Virus record (IMG/VR): IMGVR_UViG_3300026549_000079
Span: 3,931-67,930 of that record
DNA: 64,000 nucleotides
Strand: one strand, 5' to 3'
Origin: a virus
Taxonomy: Duplodnaviria; Caudoviricetes
Shown piece by piece: positions 19,319 through 27,985 of the stretch. Both the position numbers and the translations under genes were made by a program. Position 1 is the stretch's first letter. Every line of letters begins with the position of its first letter. The notes under the pieces are model-generated. The model was not told the origin of the DNA and searched no databases. It saw only the letters and a program-made list of their open reading frames with translations.

Positions 19319-19459
19319 TTAATCTTTAAATTTTCCGCATTCTTTCATGTGCCAAAGAGTGTCAATAGCGTGTAATAAATAATATTTATCTTGGTTGCTA
19401 TATGTATGATTATAGGCTTCTTTCAAAAAATCAATTACTTCCTCTACTTTATTTGACAT
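19319..19459 (-). CDS. Small hypothetical protein (46 aa)
   Basis: Manual translation MSNKVEEVIDFLKEAY...; fills the gap exactly. Confidence 0.5.
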   Translation of the reverse strand: MSNKVEEVIDFLKEAYNHTYSNQDKYYLLHAIDTLWHMKECGKFKD

Positions 19460-19462
19460 AAA

Positions 19463-19864
19463 TTATTCTTTATAAGGATTATTATTTTCTGTCACGGCAA
19501 TTGCTAAACCTTTCTCAATTAACCCTCTGTAGTCAAAATGATATTTATTATAAAAATCAATTGCAAACACACTACTTGCAGCACTTTCTATTGTATGTCC
19601 TTCTGGGCTCTCAAGGGCTTTTAGTTCAAGCTCAAATATTTTTTCAAATTCAATTTCTTCTTCCTCAGTCATAGAAGACATTGGACGAAGGTATGGCTTA
19701 AATGTACCTATTCTATGTTCCCACCCATCATTATCAATGAAATCAGCTCCATCATATCCTATAATAGTAAATGGTGGATATTCATTGTCTTCCCATGCTT
19801 TAATTTCATATTGTAACCTACTACAGAGGTCTTTTATCAACAATTCTTTTTCTTCCTGTGTCAT
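19463..19864 (-). CDS. Hypothetical protein, MTQEEK family
   Basis: MTQEEKELLIKDLCSRL...KPYLRPMSSMTEEE...HFDYRGLIEKGLA. Confidence 0.75.
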   Translation of the reverse strand: MTQEEKELLIKDLCSRLQYEIKAWEDNEYPPFTIIGYDGADFIDNDGWEHRIGTFKPYLRPMSSMTEEEEIEFEKIFELELKALESPEGHTIESAASSVFAIDFYNKYHFDYRGLIEKGLAIAVTENNNPYKE

Positions 19865-19867
19865 ATC

Positions 19868-21079
19868 TTATCCACCTTTTAGGTTCTTTAAATCTTCATA
19901 AAGTTCTTCAAGATAATCTGGTTCAAAAGTAAAAGAATCTATTGCTCTTTTAAGGTCATGCAACTGGTCATCACTTGGCTTCCATCCGTATCTTTCTTTG
20001 AGTGATTTGAGCCACTTAATTTCTTTGAAATATCTTTCAGCTAATTGTTCTGTAGGATAATCTTCAAGACGTTTTTGTATATCATTTATGATTCCCGTAA
20101 CTATCTTCTCATCCTCTTTGCCCCATTTGGCAGGCTTATGAGGAATTAAAGACAGCAAGTATGCTGCACGTTCTTTTACTTCTTCTACTGTGGCATCATT
20201 ATCATCTATAGCATCCCTGTAATCATCCATCATATCTTTTACAGCATCTTCAAATTCCGTCAGTTTGAGCTGCTCAACCTTCTTCAACTCTTTCTTCTCA
20301 GCATCCCACTCGTATTCTGATTCCTTCATTTTCTCAAAAAGAATGGTTCGTTCGTCTTTAGTGGCAGGGCAAACATCGTTTGGAATACTAATCAAACCAT
20401 CTGTAGCAACGTTTTTAGTTACATAGTTCATGTTTACACAAGCATAGTAATGCTCCTTATCTTTATAAATCCATATAAGACGATGAGATGGAGAATTGAG
20501 TACATCACCATCCTTTGTATCTTGGATAGTCCAGTACGTAAGGTCTTTTTCAACTTCTTCTATAGGATAATTTGCTTCTACTCCATCATAACAAAGCACA
20601 CGATATAATCCGTCATTAACCGAAAGTATTTTAAAAATGTTGCCGCTACTGATTGCTCTTACCCAATCACCAACCTTAAACTTTGGCTCAACCTTATCAT
20701 TAGGCTTTGATTCACTATAAAGACAATTATTAACAATCTCATTATATTCTTTAGAAGATATACCAAGACTTTCTTCTGGCGATTTCATTTCAATAACAGG
20801 CTTATTTTCACCTTGCTTTTTAAGCCAAGCAATAAACCTATCGCATTCAGGGAAACCAGCAAGTCTTGATTTTACAAAGTCAATAAGTTCTTTTCTTATT
20901 TTCTCACTATCATTCTCTTTGAGTTCGGGGAAATAGTATTCTATGTCTGTTACTATTTCCTTTTTTAGCACCCATAAATCAGTTTCTTCGTGGTTGCTTA
21001 GTGCATCACGAAACTTTCGCATATTTCCAATAGCCTCATCATAGGCTCTTGCTTTCTCTTCTATTGATAGTTCTTTCAT
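19868..21079 (-). CDS. Modular hypothetical protein, EKARAYDEA family
   Basis: IEEKARAYDEA, EKIRKELI, DKVEPKFKVGD, WTIQDTKDGDVL and W-x-x-EDE modules. Confidence 0.7.
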   Translation of the reverse strand: MKELSIEEKARAYDEAIGNMRKFRDALSNHEETDLWVLKKEIVTDIEYYFPELKENDSEKIRKELIDFVKSRLAGFPECDRFIAWLKKQGENKPVIEMKSPEESLGISSKEYNEIVNNCLYSESKPNDKVEPKFKVGDWVRAISSGNIFKILSVNDGLYRVLCYDGVEANYPIEEVEKDLTYWTIQDTKDGDVLNSPSHRLIWIYKDKEHYYACVNMNYVTKNVATDGLISIPNDVCPATKDERTILFEKMKESEYEWDAEKKELKKVEQLKLTEFEDAVKDMMDDYRDAIDDNDATVEEVKERAAYLLSLIPHKPAKWGKEDEKIVTGIINDIQKRLEDYPTEQLAERYFKEIKWLKSLKERYGWKPSDDQLHDLKRAIDSFTFEPDYLEELYEDLKNLKGG

Positions 21080-21086
21080 GGTTTCA

Positions 21087-22394
21087 CTATTTTAATTTTT
21101 TTAAACACTCCAAAAGTTCAGATAGTACATCGTACTTAATATCTTTTATAGATAGAACATCGCTCAAAGCATTTATCTGTTTTTCAGTTGGCTTCCACTG
21201 CTTCTGAAATCTCAGCGATTTAAGCCAATCTATATCTTGTTCTTGTTGATAAATCTCGTCAGTATCTCCTTTTCGATTTTTCCAAATAAAATCTGAAATA
21301 CGATTAACTCTTTTCTCATCCTCTTCACTCCACTCTTGTTTAAAGGATTCGAGCCAGCGGTGAGCTTTTATCATGTCTATACCTTTTTCTTCAAGGTATT
21401 TTGCAGATTCTTTACATGTAATTGCATTACCAATATAACGAACCATATCCTCATCTTCATCACTCCACTCAGTAGGCTTTAGTTGCACTTTATCTTTGAT
21501 AGATTTAAACCACTTGAGTTCTTCTTCAACTTTTGTTGGTAATTGTCCCATATAGCATTTTCCAAGAACACCAAGAGTTCTAGTATACATACTTTCATCC
21601 TCTTCATTCCATTCGATAGATTGCAGAGCATCTGCTTTTCCCCTTTCGTATTCTGCATTAAAGAAATCAGATAACATGGGGCGTGTGTTCTCAATCTTCT
21701 TCAACTCTTTCTTTTCAAAGTCAAATGTATATCCAGCATCAGCCATTGCTTTCATCAAAGTTTCACGCTGTTCTTCGGTTGCTGGGTGAACTACTGCATC
21801 GATAAGGCAGAAACATTCGTTTTTACCTATATCATCATAGAATCTTCCATCATCGGTGTTTATATGACAATATCCCATTAAACGTGTGTCATTGATGAAA
21901 TGGAATATGAAGATATTAGAACCATTTACAAGCACATCACCTGATTTTGCATATTCGATAGTCCAAAGATGAAATGTCTTATTTACCCATTCTATTGTAG
22001 GACGCGATTCACCTCCTTCTACACCTTCTAAGAGATAAAATTGATTTAGGATTCCTTCTATTTTCCAGACGTTACCACAATTATCCACAACCAAATCACC
22101 AACCTTAAACTTTGGTTCAACCTTATCAGCAGGGGTTTGTTTCCCTTGCTTTTCAAGCCAAGTAAGTATTTCATCTACTTCCCATTTATGTAAGGCATAG
22201 CCACCTTGCTCATGCGACTTCTTTACAAGATTAATAAGTTTTTCCCGAATCTTATCATCATCACTCTCATGGAGTTCTGAAAAGATATATTCCATTCGCT
22301 TGATTTCGGCGAGGTCACTGCTATATTTGTGTATCTTCCTTGCTCTTTCAAGAGCCTCATCATAGGCTCTTGCCTTTTCTTCTATTGTCTTCAT
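21087..22394 (-). CDS. Modular hypothetical protein, EKARAYDEA family
   Basis: Same module order as 19868..21079, with three WxEEDE repeats. Confidence 0.7.
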   Translation of the reverse strand: MKTIEEKARAYDEALERARKIHKYSSDLAEIKRMEYIFSELHESDDDKIREKLINLVKKSHEQGGYALHKWEVDEILTWLEKQGKQTPADKVEPKFKVGDLVVDNCGNVWKIEGILNQFYLLEGVEGGESRPTIEWVNKTFHLWTIEYAKSGDVLVNGSNIFIFHFINDTRLMGYCHINTDDGRFYDDIGKNECFCLIDAVVHPATEEQRETLMKAMADAGYTFDFEKKELKKIENTRPMLSDFFNAEYERGKADALQSIEWNEEDESMYTRTLGVLGKCYMGQLPTKVEEELKWFKSIKDKVQLKPTEWSDEDEDMVRYIGNAITCKESAKYLEEKGIDMIKAHRWLESFKQEWSEEDEKRVNRISDFIWKNRKGDTDEIYQQEQDIDWLKSLRFQKQWKPTEKQINALSDVLSIKDIKYDVLSELLECLKKLK

Positions 22395-22396
22395 AA

Positions 22397-22558
22397 TTAA
22401 TCAACCCTAAGTAAATAATCGCTACAATGATGTATCTCTTCTCCACATAAGCCCAAGCTTACATTAACTTGTGGAGAGCCACACCCATCATAATCACACC
22501 AAACATTAACTTTTAGATTCTCTCTTAAAAAGTTAAACAGATAATCTTTATCAATCAT
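22397..22558 (-). CDS. Small hypothetical protein (53 aa)
   Basis: Manual translation MIDKDYLFNFLRENLKVNVWCDYDGCG... Confidence 0.5.
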   Translation of the reverse strand: MIDKDYLFNFLRENLKVNVWCDYDGCGSPQVNVSLGLCGEEIHHCSDYLLRVD

Positions 22559-22573
22559 ACTTTAATTTATTTT

Positions 22574-22660
22574 TAGTTAGGAATATTGGAATTGAACCAA
22601 TCAGAGTCATCATCTTGAATCAGCATCTTGCCTTCTCTGACCACCAAACTGGTATTCCCG
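22574..22660 (-). ncRNA. tRNA-like element (acceptor stem + T-arm, no canonical anticodon arm)
   Basis: CGGGAAT/ATTCCTA acceptor (C1.A72 mismatch), ATTGG-TTCAATT-CCAAT T-arm, CAGAG/CTCTG helix, 3' A-CTA; fills an intergenic gap. Confidence 0.45.
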
Positions 22661-22666
22661 TTCCAT

Positions 22667-22861
22667 TTACAATACTCTATTTATATGATTATCAAAATCA
22701 ATTTCCTTATAACTTACAATTTCACCATCTTCATCATTTTTAAAAGATGGATATTTACATATTGTTCTCAACATCTCATTTTCTGTGTCTGCCAATACAA
22801 ACAAATCATAATATGAAATACCAAAATGATATGTTTTAATGTGTACCTTCCAAAGTCTCAT
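22667..22861 (-). CDS. Hypothetical protein
   Basis: 64-aa ORF in the packed early block. Confidence 0.55.
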   Translation of the reverse strand: MRLWKVHIKTYHFGISYYDLFVLADTENEMLRTICKYPSFKNDEDGEIVSYKEIDFDNHINRVL

Positions 22862-22865
22862 AATG

Positions 22866-23102
22866 TTATTTTAATTTAATAGGTTCATCACTATAAGTCA
22901 TTTCTTTACCAATGAGATATTTAATGGTTTCTTTTGGTAATAATACACCCCGTCTATATTCAGGTTCAACAGAATTAGCCGTCCATCTTTGACCCCAAGT
23001 AACTTCCAAATCCATGTTTGGAAAATTTCTATGTGGTTTGACTGGAAATATTCTTTCATCTCCATGTCCATCAACACATATCCAAGATTCTTCTTTATTC
23101 AT
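22866..23102 (-). CDS. Hypothetical protein
   Basis: 78-aa ORF. Confidence 0.6.
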   Translation of the reverse strand: MNKEESWICVDGHGDERIFPVKPHRNFPNMDLEVTWGQRWTANSVEPEYRRGVLLPKETIKYLIGKEMTYSDEPIKLK

Positions 23103-23103
23103 A

Positions 23104-23235
23104 TTATTCCCTATATTTAAGATTATCTAACCATTCCATTTCTTCACTGTAGGAAATACCATGTAACTTTTCAAGTTGAAGAAGAGCAATCTTAATCTCT
23201 TCTACTTTGCCAAAATCACTTGCACTCCATTTCAT
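23104..23235 (-). CDS. Small protein (43 aa) resembling a stand-alone C-terminal module of the EKARAYDEA family
   Basis: Manual translation MKWSASDFGKVEEIKIALLQLEKLHGISYSEEMEWLDNLKYRE; first gene after a promoter. Confidence 0.45.
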   Translation of the reverse strand: MKWSASDFGKVEEIKIALLQLEKLHGISYSEEMEWLDNLKYRE

Positions 23236-23271
23236 AATATATTATTATTTTTTAATTGTTTAAATACATTA

Positions 23272-23303
23272 CAAATATAGGATATTTTTTTGAAATAACC
23301 AAA
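23272..23303 (-). promoter_or_regulatory. Bacteroidota sigma-A type promoter
   Basis: Minus strand TTTG-GTTATTTCAAAAAAATATCC-TATATTTG. Confidence 0.85.
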
Positions 23304-23342
23304 TAATCCCTTATTTCAGTATCATTTTTCATAACAAGTTTT

Positions 23343-23723
23343 TTAAATTAAATTTTCAAGTATGTATTTCAACGATGCCTCAACAGCATCTTCGTAAGAA
23401 TCAACATAAGTAGTTCCAACAATTTCTCTTGTAATATATTTAACAACGCCAAGAGGAATTGTTTCTATAGTAATATGATAACCTTTAGGACCCCTTGCAA
23501 TTCCAATATGTAATTTATGTACTTCCCTCAACCAAGCCATCGCCATTTGATGAGTCGGAGCTAATGCACAAAAATCATCACAAGCTTCTTCGCTATTAAT
23601 ATAACCTACATGATTAAAAGATAAATAACCTTCATTATCATATTTTAACCAACAAGATTCATCAAACCCTTTCTCTTTGAGCAGCTTGGCTACTTCAAAT
23701 GAAACGTAAGCTTCTTCTATCAT
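23343..23723 (-). CDS. Hypothetical protein, AYxSFEVAKLLKEKGFDE family
   Basis: Conserved N-terminus, PTHQMAMAWLREVH and YEDAVEA. Confidence 0.75.
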   Translation of the reverse strand: MIEEAYVSFEVAKLLKEKGFDESCWLKYDNEGYLSFNHVGYINSEEACDDFCALAPTHQMAMAWLREVHKLHIGIARGPKGYHITIETIPLGVVKYITREIVGTTYVDSYEDAVEASLKYILENLI

Positions 23724-23728
23724 ATTAT

Positions 23729-24088
23729 TTAATTATTTTTTTTAAGACAATATTTTAATGCTTGTTCAACTGTTTCCTCATAAGAAGGAAAACCTTTCCT
23801 TAAAGGATTCTCATAATAGTTATCACCTTCCCATAAAGAGAAATAACAACTTGTATTAGAATAAGGTTCAATAACTATAAAAATATTATGTACTTCCCTC
23901 AACCAAGCCATTGCCATTTGATGGGTTGGGGCATTATAAAACTTATCACCAATCTGGGTATTAGTAAACACAGTTCCTCTGTATAGTTCTTTACTGTCAA
24001 ACTTGTAGAAGTGTTGAACAGGTTCATCAAATCCTTTCTCTTTCAGCAGCTTTGCCACTTCAAAAGAACAATACGCTTCTTTAACCAT
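23729..24088 (-). CDS. Hypothetical protein, AYxSFEVAKLLKEKGFDE family
   Basis: Tandem paralog of 23343..23723. Confidence 0.75.
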   Translation of the reverse strand: MVKEAYCSFEVAKLLKEKGFDEPVQHFYKFDSKELYRGTVFTNTQIGDKFYNAPTHQMAMAWLREVHNIFIVIEPYSNTSCYFSLWEGDNYYENPLRKGFPSYEETVEQALKYCLKKNN

Positions 24089-24091
24089 AAC

Positions 24092-24292
24092 TTATTTTAC
24101 ATTTAAATCATTTTCAATTTCTAACTCCCAAACAGTTTCTTTCTGGTTAAGATATTCATATATCCCATCCAGAGTCATTTGTTTGAATTGTGGATATATT
24201 TCGCGCATATCCATAACATATTTAAGAAAGGTTCCGACTTGCTGATGTATTCCGATTTTTTCTCGGATATTATAATATTCTTGTCGTGTCAT
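24092..24292 (-). CDS. Hypothetical protein
   Basis: 66-aa ORF. Confidence 0.55.
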   Translation of the reverse strand: MTRQEYYNIREKIGIHQQVGTFLKYVMDMREIYPQFKQMTLDGIYEYLNQKETVWELEIENDLNVK

Positions 24293-24566
24293 GGGCTTTC
24301 ATGTATTTCTCGTTTTGTTCTCTGTTTAGTTTCTTGATATATTTCTTTAATTCTCTTATTTGTTCTTCAAGATTCTTTAATACTTGACCTCTAATTTTTA
24401 TTTCTTCTATTGTTTGCTTTTCCCAAATATCTTTATCTAAATTCGGATAATCATATGGGTCCCAAAATTCTTTTTTTATGATATCAATACTAACTTGGAT
24501 ATACCGATATTTTTCTTTTAAACCTTTAAGTTCCTTTATTTTGTTACTAAGTTCTTGTTCCTTCAT
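24270..24566 (-). CDS. Hypothetical coiled-coil protein bounded by 20-bp direct repeats
   Basis: 98-aa ORF; ggctttcat(g/a)tatttctcgt at 24294-24313 and 24574-24593. Confidence 0.6.
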   Translation of the reverse strand: MKEQELSNKIKELKGLKEKYRYIQVSIDIIKKEFWDPYDYPNLDKDIWEKQTIEEIKIRGQVLKNLEEQIRELKKYIKKLNREQNEKYMKAHDTTRIL

Positions 24567-24652
24567 TTAACACGGCTTTCATATATTTCTCGTACTCTTC
24601 ATCTGTATGGTTCGGGTGTTTCTTATGAAATTTAATAGTTAATTTACAACCA

Positions 24653-24775
24653 TTAATATCTCCTGTACCATAATACCCACAACCTAAGTACAGCAAATTC
24701 ATATAGCTCATCATATTTTTGACGAGTTAAATCCTTTGAATGGAATATCTTTGTGTACTTACTCTGTATAATCAT
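24653..24775 (-). pseudogene. 5' remnant of a TnpB-like (IS200/IS605/IS607) nuclease gene
   Basis: MIIQSKYTKIFHSKDLTRQKYDELYEFAVL followed by an unrelated 10-aa tail. The first 30 aa match, from memory, the N-terminus of a gut-phage TnpB-like family; not verified by search. Confidence 0.5.
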
Positions 24776-24777
24776 AT

Positions 24778-24939
24778 TTAGTCCTCCAAATTATCGACAT
24801 CTTGGCTTGTATGCCCTAATAATTCTCTGTACAAAACAATATCATCTTTGTTAAAAGATTCTTTGGCTTTAAATTGTTCATACATATTTTTAAGCCAAGA
24901 AATGTCTCCATTTTCTCTTATTTTAATATCAATGCCCAT
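24778..24939 (-). CDS. Small hypothetical protein (53 aa)
   Basis: Manual translation MGIDIKIRENGDISWLKNMYEQF... Confidence 0.5.
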   Translation of the reverse strand: MGIDIKIRENGDISWLKNMYEQFKAKESFNKDDIVLYRELLGHTSQDVDNLED

Positions 24940-25243
24940 ATATTATTTCCATTTCTTCAGTAGTCATTTCTTCAATGATAATGCTGTATTCTTTATTTGA
25001 CTCTATTTTATTCTTTACTAGTTTCAAGTGATATAAACAATCTATTAGTGAATGATTTCCAAAAGAATCCGTATTGTCTTCTGCTGATATACAAATATCT
25101 TTTTCATTCATATTTTCATCAAACATTTTATATACACAAACATCTGACACGCTTTCAACAGCACAATATATAGTGTATTCATTACGCATATATCCATACT
25201 GTTCTATATATTTTGTTTTGAATCCTCCAGTTTTAAATGCCAT
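24929..25243 (-). CDS. Hypothetical protein
   Basis: 104-aa ORF. Confidence 0.6.
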   Translation of the reverse strand: MAFKTGGFKTKYIEQYGYMRNEYTIYCAVESVSDVCVYKMFDENMNEKDICISAEDNTDSFGNHSLIDCLYHLKLVKNKIESNKEYSIIIEEMTTEEMEIIYGH

Positions 25244-25361
25244 CTTTTTCTATTTTTAATTCACAATGCCGACAAGACAAATGGTTATTTACATCCATAT
25301 GGGAACAAAAAGTTGGAATACACTTTTGTTTATACAATTTACAGTACTTATAATATTTCAT
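25233..25361 (-). CDS. Small Cys-rich protein (42 aa)
   Basis: Manual translation MKYYKYCKLYKQKCIPTFCSHMDVNNHLSCRHCELK...; overlaps both neighbours. Confidence 0.45.
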   Translation of the reverse strand: MKYYKYCKLYKQKCIPTFCSHMDVNNHLSCRHCELKIEKDGI

Positions 25362-25561
25362 TGTTCTTGTTTTTGTTTACGTTTCTTTCTATTTTCTTGT
25401 GCTCTCAATGAGTATACCTTACCACTAAAACTTGCAATTAACATCGTTTCTATATAGTACCTTAAACTTGTAGGCCACCAATACATATCAGCCGTGCTAA
25501 CATCAATTCCAAGTTCAATTAACTTCTTAGATTGGTTTATATCCGTGCAAATCTTATTCAT
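25358..25561 (-). pseudogene. Chimera: KICT-family 5' half fused to a probable IS607 TnpA (serine recombinase) C-terminus
   Basis: The first 40 aa match 18974..19315 up to YYIETM. They are followed by LIASFSGKVYSLRAQENRKKRK, which resembles the IS607 TnpA C-terminal pattern (I/L)xxFSGKLYGxRSxKxKK. Confidence 0.55.
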
Positions 25562-25790
25562 TTCCTATTTTTATTAGTTCTGGTCTAACATTAAAATCGT
25601 TACATTCTTTTGCTACCTTGCTATAATTTCCAATGTAGCCTCCGTCTATATCTTTGTTAAGTTTAAAACAACGCCCAGTACAAGCATGAAGTCCATAACC
25701 TTCAAAATGCGTACAAAAGTTACATGCTTTAACTTCATCCAAATCTCTATATATATCTCCGTTTGTTCCGATTCCAACTCTAATTTTCAT
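25554..25790 (-). CDS. Small Cys-rich hypothetical protein
   Basis: CNFC-x8-C-x3-C...ECNDF. Confidence 0.6.
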   Translation of the reverse strand: MKIRVGIGTNGDIYRDLDEVKACNFCTHFEGYGLHACTGRCFKLNKDIDGGYIGNYSKVAKECNDFNVRPELIKIGNE

Positions 25791-26166
25791 AAGGCTTATT
25801 ATCTTTTGTTACTGGAATTGCTAATTTTTTCTCAATTAACCCACGGTAGTCAAAATGGTGGGCATTGAGCCAATCAATTTGATTAACATTTGGAATACGA
25901 ACACCATTTTCTACTTCAATTCCAGGAGCGATATGCTCATATTCTTTTCTTTCTTCACTGGTCATCGAAGACATTGGACGAAGGTAGGGTTTAATTTCTG
26001 TATCACCATCTTCATCATTGAGCAACTGCTCAATATGGTCAGGTTCAAGGGTTGTGTTAATATACGTCCCTTCACTCATAACCCACCATGTAAGTCCTAT
26101 TTTAACGTCATAAGCCAACCTACCGCATAGGTCTTTAAGTAAAAGTGATTTTTCTTCTTGTGTCAT
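25780..26166 (-). CDS. Hypothetical protein, MTQEEK family
   Basis: MTQEEKSLLLKDLCGRL...IKPYLRPMSSMT. Confidence 0.75.
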   Translation of the reverse strand: MTQEEKSLLLKDLCGRLAYDVKIGLTWWVMSEGTYINTTLEPDHIEQLLNDEDGDTEIKPYLRPMSSMTSEERKEYEHIAPGIEVENGVRIPNVNQIDWLNAHHFDYRGLIEKKLAIPVTKDNKPYEN

Positions 26167-26663
26167 AAGGTATTCTCCTCAATTAGCTTTTTCTTTTCTT
26201 CTTCGGTATAATCAAAGTTGTCTATGTTAGCAACTAGATTTTCCCATAGTTTTCCAGTTACATCAAGTGTAGCTGAGTTCCACCAATAGCCTGCGCCAAA
26301 CCATCCGCCTTGTTTTGTTCTTACGTATACCCCAAGTCCCTCATTTTCTCCTTTATAAGTGATAACAAACTTATCAGAATGCGTAGAATAAAGCCAATAG
26401 GACAATTTTACTGATTTGACATATCGTTCAAACAATTCAGGATATTTCTTTCTAAATTGGATGAACCCAAGAACCTCATCAACTTGAATAATGAAGTGAC
26501 GAGAGAATCTAATTTTTCCATCATCAAAACAATGATACTTTTTTCCAACTTCTGGAACTGGCTCAAGGTATTTCTTACGACTATATAAGACAGTCCTATC
26601 AGGAATAGGATACATATTTCTTCGTTGACGAGGAAAATAACCTCTTGAATTCTTTTTGCTCAT
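26163..26663 (-). CDS. Hypothetical protein
   Basis: 166-aa ORF. Confidence 0.65.
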   Translation of the reverse strand: MSKKNSRGYFPRQRRNMYPIPDRTVLYSRKKYLEPVPEVGKKYHCFDDGKIRFSRHFIIQVDEVLGFIQFRKKYPELFERYVKSVKLSYWLYSTHSDKFVITYKGENEGLGVYVRTKQGGWFGAGYWWNSATLDVTGKLWENLVANIDNFDYTEEEKKKLIEENTL

Positions 26664-26664
26664 A

Positions 26665-26874
26665 TCATTCTATTAACATTTTAATAAAATCATAAAAAAT
26701 GGAAAAAATGCAAAGTATAAAATAAACAGGCCAAAATAGAATATAGGTTAATCTAAGTAATACTCTCCATATACGTTTAAGTTTAGCAAATTCTTCTGTT
26801 TCAGAAACTTTCATACCCAAGAATGTTATAAATCCGCACAGAAGATAAAAGAATGTAATAATTATAATAGTCAT
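26665..26874 (-). CDS. Small membrane protein (2 TM)
   Basis: Two hydrophobic segments; ILFWP motif. Confidence 0.6.
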   Translation of the reverse strand: MTIIIITFFYLLCGFITFLGMKVSETEEFAKLKRIWRVLLRLTYILFWPVYFILCIFSIFYDFIKMLIE

Positions 26875-26889
26875 AATTAAATCAAATTT

Positions 26890-27036
26890 TTAAATACGTT
26901 TTATTGCATTAGGCTTACAAAGAACTTCCACAACCTCATCTTTACCTACATCTATTTGAACGATAGCTGTGATAATTTTATTAAACAGGTCTTTATCTGT
27001 TGAATTAGACTTGATTGTTAAATCAATTTGAACCAT
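26890..27036 (-). CDS. Small hypothetical protein (48 aa)
   Basis: Manual translation MVQIDLTIKSNSTDKDLFNKII... Confidence 0.45.
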   Translation of the reverse strand: MVQIDLTIKSNSTDKDLFNKIITAIVQIDVGKDEVVEVLCKPNAIKRI

Positions 27037-27039
27037 ATT

Positions 27040-27417
27040 TTAAATCAAGTTCGTAAGTACATATTCCAATGCTGCTTCAATAGCATCTTCATATTTCCAA
27101 TTAAAGTTTGTACATCCAAGTTTTACATATTTACATTCCTTATCAAGAATTGTATAACTGAAATGATATTTACCATTAAGGTCTATACTTGTACTGATTT
27201 CAATAAAGATATGGTGAACTTCTCTCAACCAAGCCAACGCCATTTGATGGGTTGGTACATCTAATACGAACTCTCTTTTTTCAGACTTGGTAACTCTTGG
27301 AAAATTAGTTGGTATTAAATATTTATTTCTATTATACATGGCATGACATACTTCATCAAATCCTTTCTCTTTAAGTAGTTTGGCTACTTCAAAAGAACAA
27401 TATGCTTCTTTTATCAT
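27040..27417 (-). CDS. Hypothetical protein, AYxSFEVAKLLKEKGFDE family
   Basis: Third paralog; PTHQMALAWLREVH. Confidence 0.75.
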   Translation of the reverse strand: MIKEAYCSFEVAKLLKEKGFDEVCHAMYNRNKYLIPTNFPRVTKSEKREFVLDVPTHQMALAWLREVHHIFIEISTSIDLNGKYHFSYTILDKECKYVKLGCTNFNWKYEDAIEAALEYVLTNLI

Positions 27418-27435
27418 AAATTATTTTATTTCTGT

Positions 27436-27570
27436 TTATAAGTTTCCTGTGTATCTTGCTAGGTCTTCACAAACACCACAATAACCTATGTAAGTATAGT
27501 CACCACATAGTTCTCCTTGTTTATAATACCAATATTCTGGAATTTCCTTTCCACACTTAATACATTTCAT
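27436..27570 (-). CDS. Small Zn-ribbon protein (44 aa)
   Basis: Manual translation MKCIKCGKEIPEY...YCGVCEDL. Confidence 0.5.
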   Translation of the reverse strand: MKCIKCGKEIPEYWYYKQGELCGDYTYIGYCGVCEDLARYTGNL

Positions 27571-27576
27571 AAATTT

Positions 27577-27936
27577 CTATTTTGTTACATTATACATTTC
27601 TTCAGGTGCTTCAAGAGCTAACCCCATAGGAATTAAACCACGATAGTCAAACATTTTCTTGTTTAGCCAATCAATTTCTTTTGAATCACCTATAAATTTA
27701 GAATTAGCCAATTCACATAATTCATCATATTCTTCCTCCGTCATTGAACTCATTGGACGGAGATAGGGTTTTATACTTTCTATACGAAATGAGTCTGAAT
27801 CAACATCTAAATACACTTCATGCCCGTTGATACCCATTAAAATGCATGTCTCTTTTTCATAGAGACAAACTTTTACTTTAAAAGGCAACCTTGCACAAAG
27901 GTCTACCAATAATAATTTTTTTTCTTCCTGTGTCAT
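27577..27936 (-). CDS. Hypothetical protein, MTQEEK family
   Basis: Start reassigned to MTQEEKKLLLVDLCARL at 27936. Confidence 0.75.
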   Translation of the reverse strand: MTQEEKKLLLVDLCARLPFKVKVCLYEKETCILMGINGHEVYLDVDSDSFRIESIKPYLRPMSSMTEEEYDELCELANSKFIGDSKEIDWLNKKMFDYRGLIPMGLALEAPEEMYNVTK

Positions 27937-27985
27937 ATTGTTATTCTCCTTTAAGTTTTTCTGGTTGTTCACTAATGTCCTGAGG

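Noticed and set aside
22574-22660. Selenocysteine or opal-suppressor tRNA (TTCAA inside the element)
   Set aside because: The TCA triplet is not in a paired anticodon stem-loop, and the long acceptor and D stems of tRNA-Sec are absent.
24547-24714. 55-aa ORF MMSYMNLLYLGCGYYG... as an independent gene
   Set aside because: Its 5' end is an alternate frame of the tnpB-like fragment; it is more likely the orphaned 3' end of a disrupted gene.
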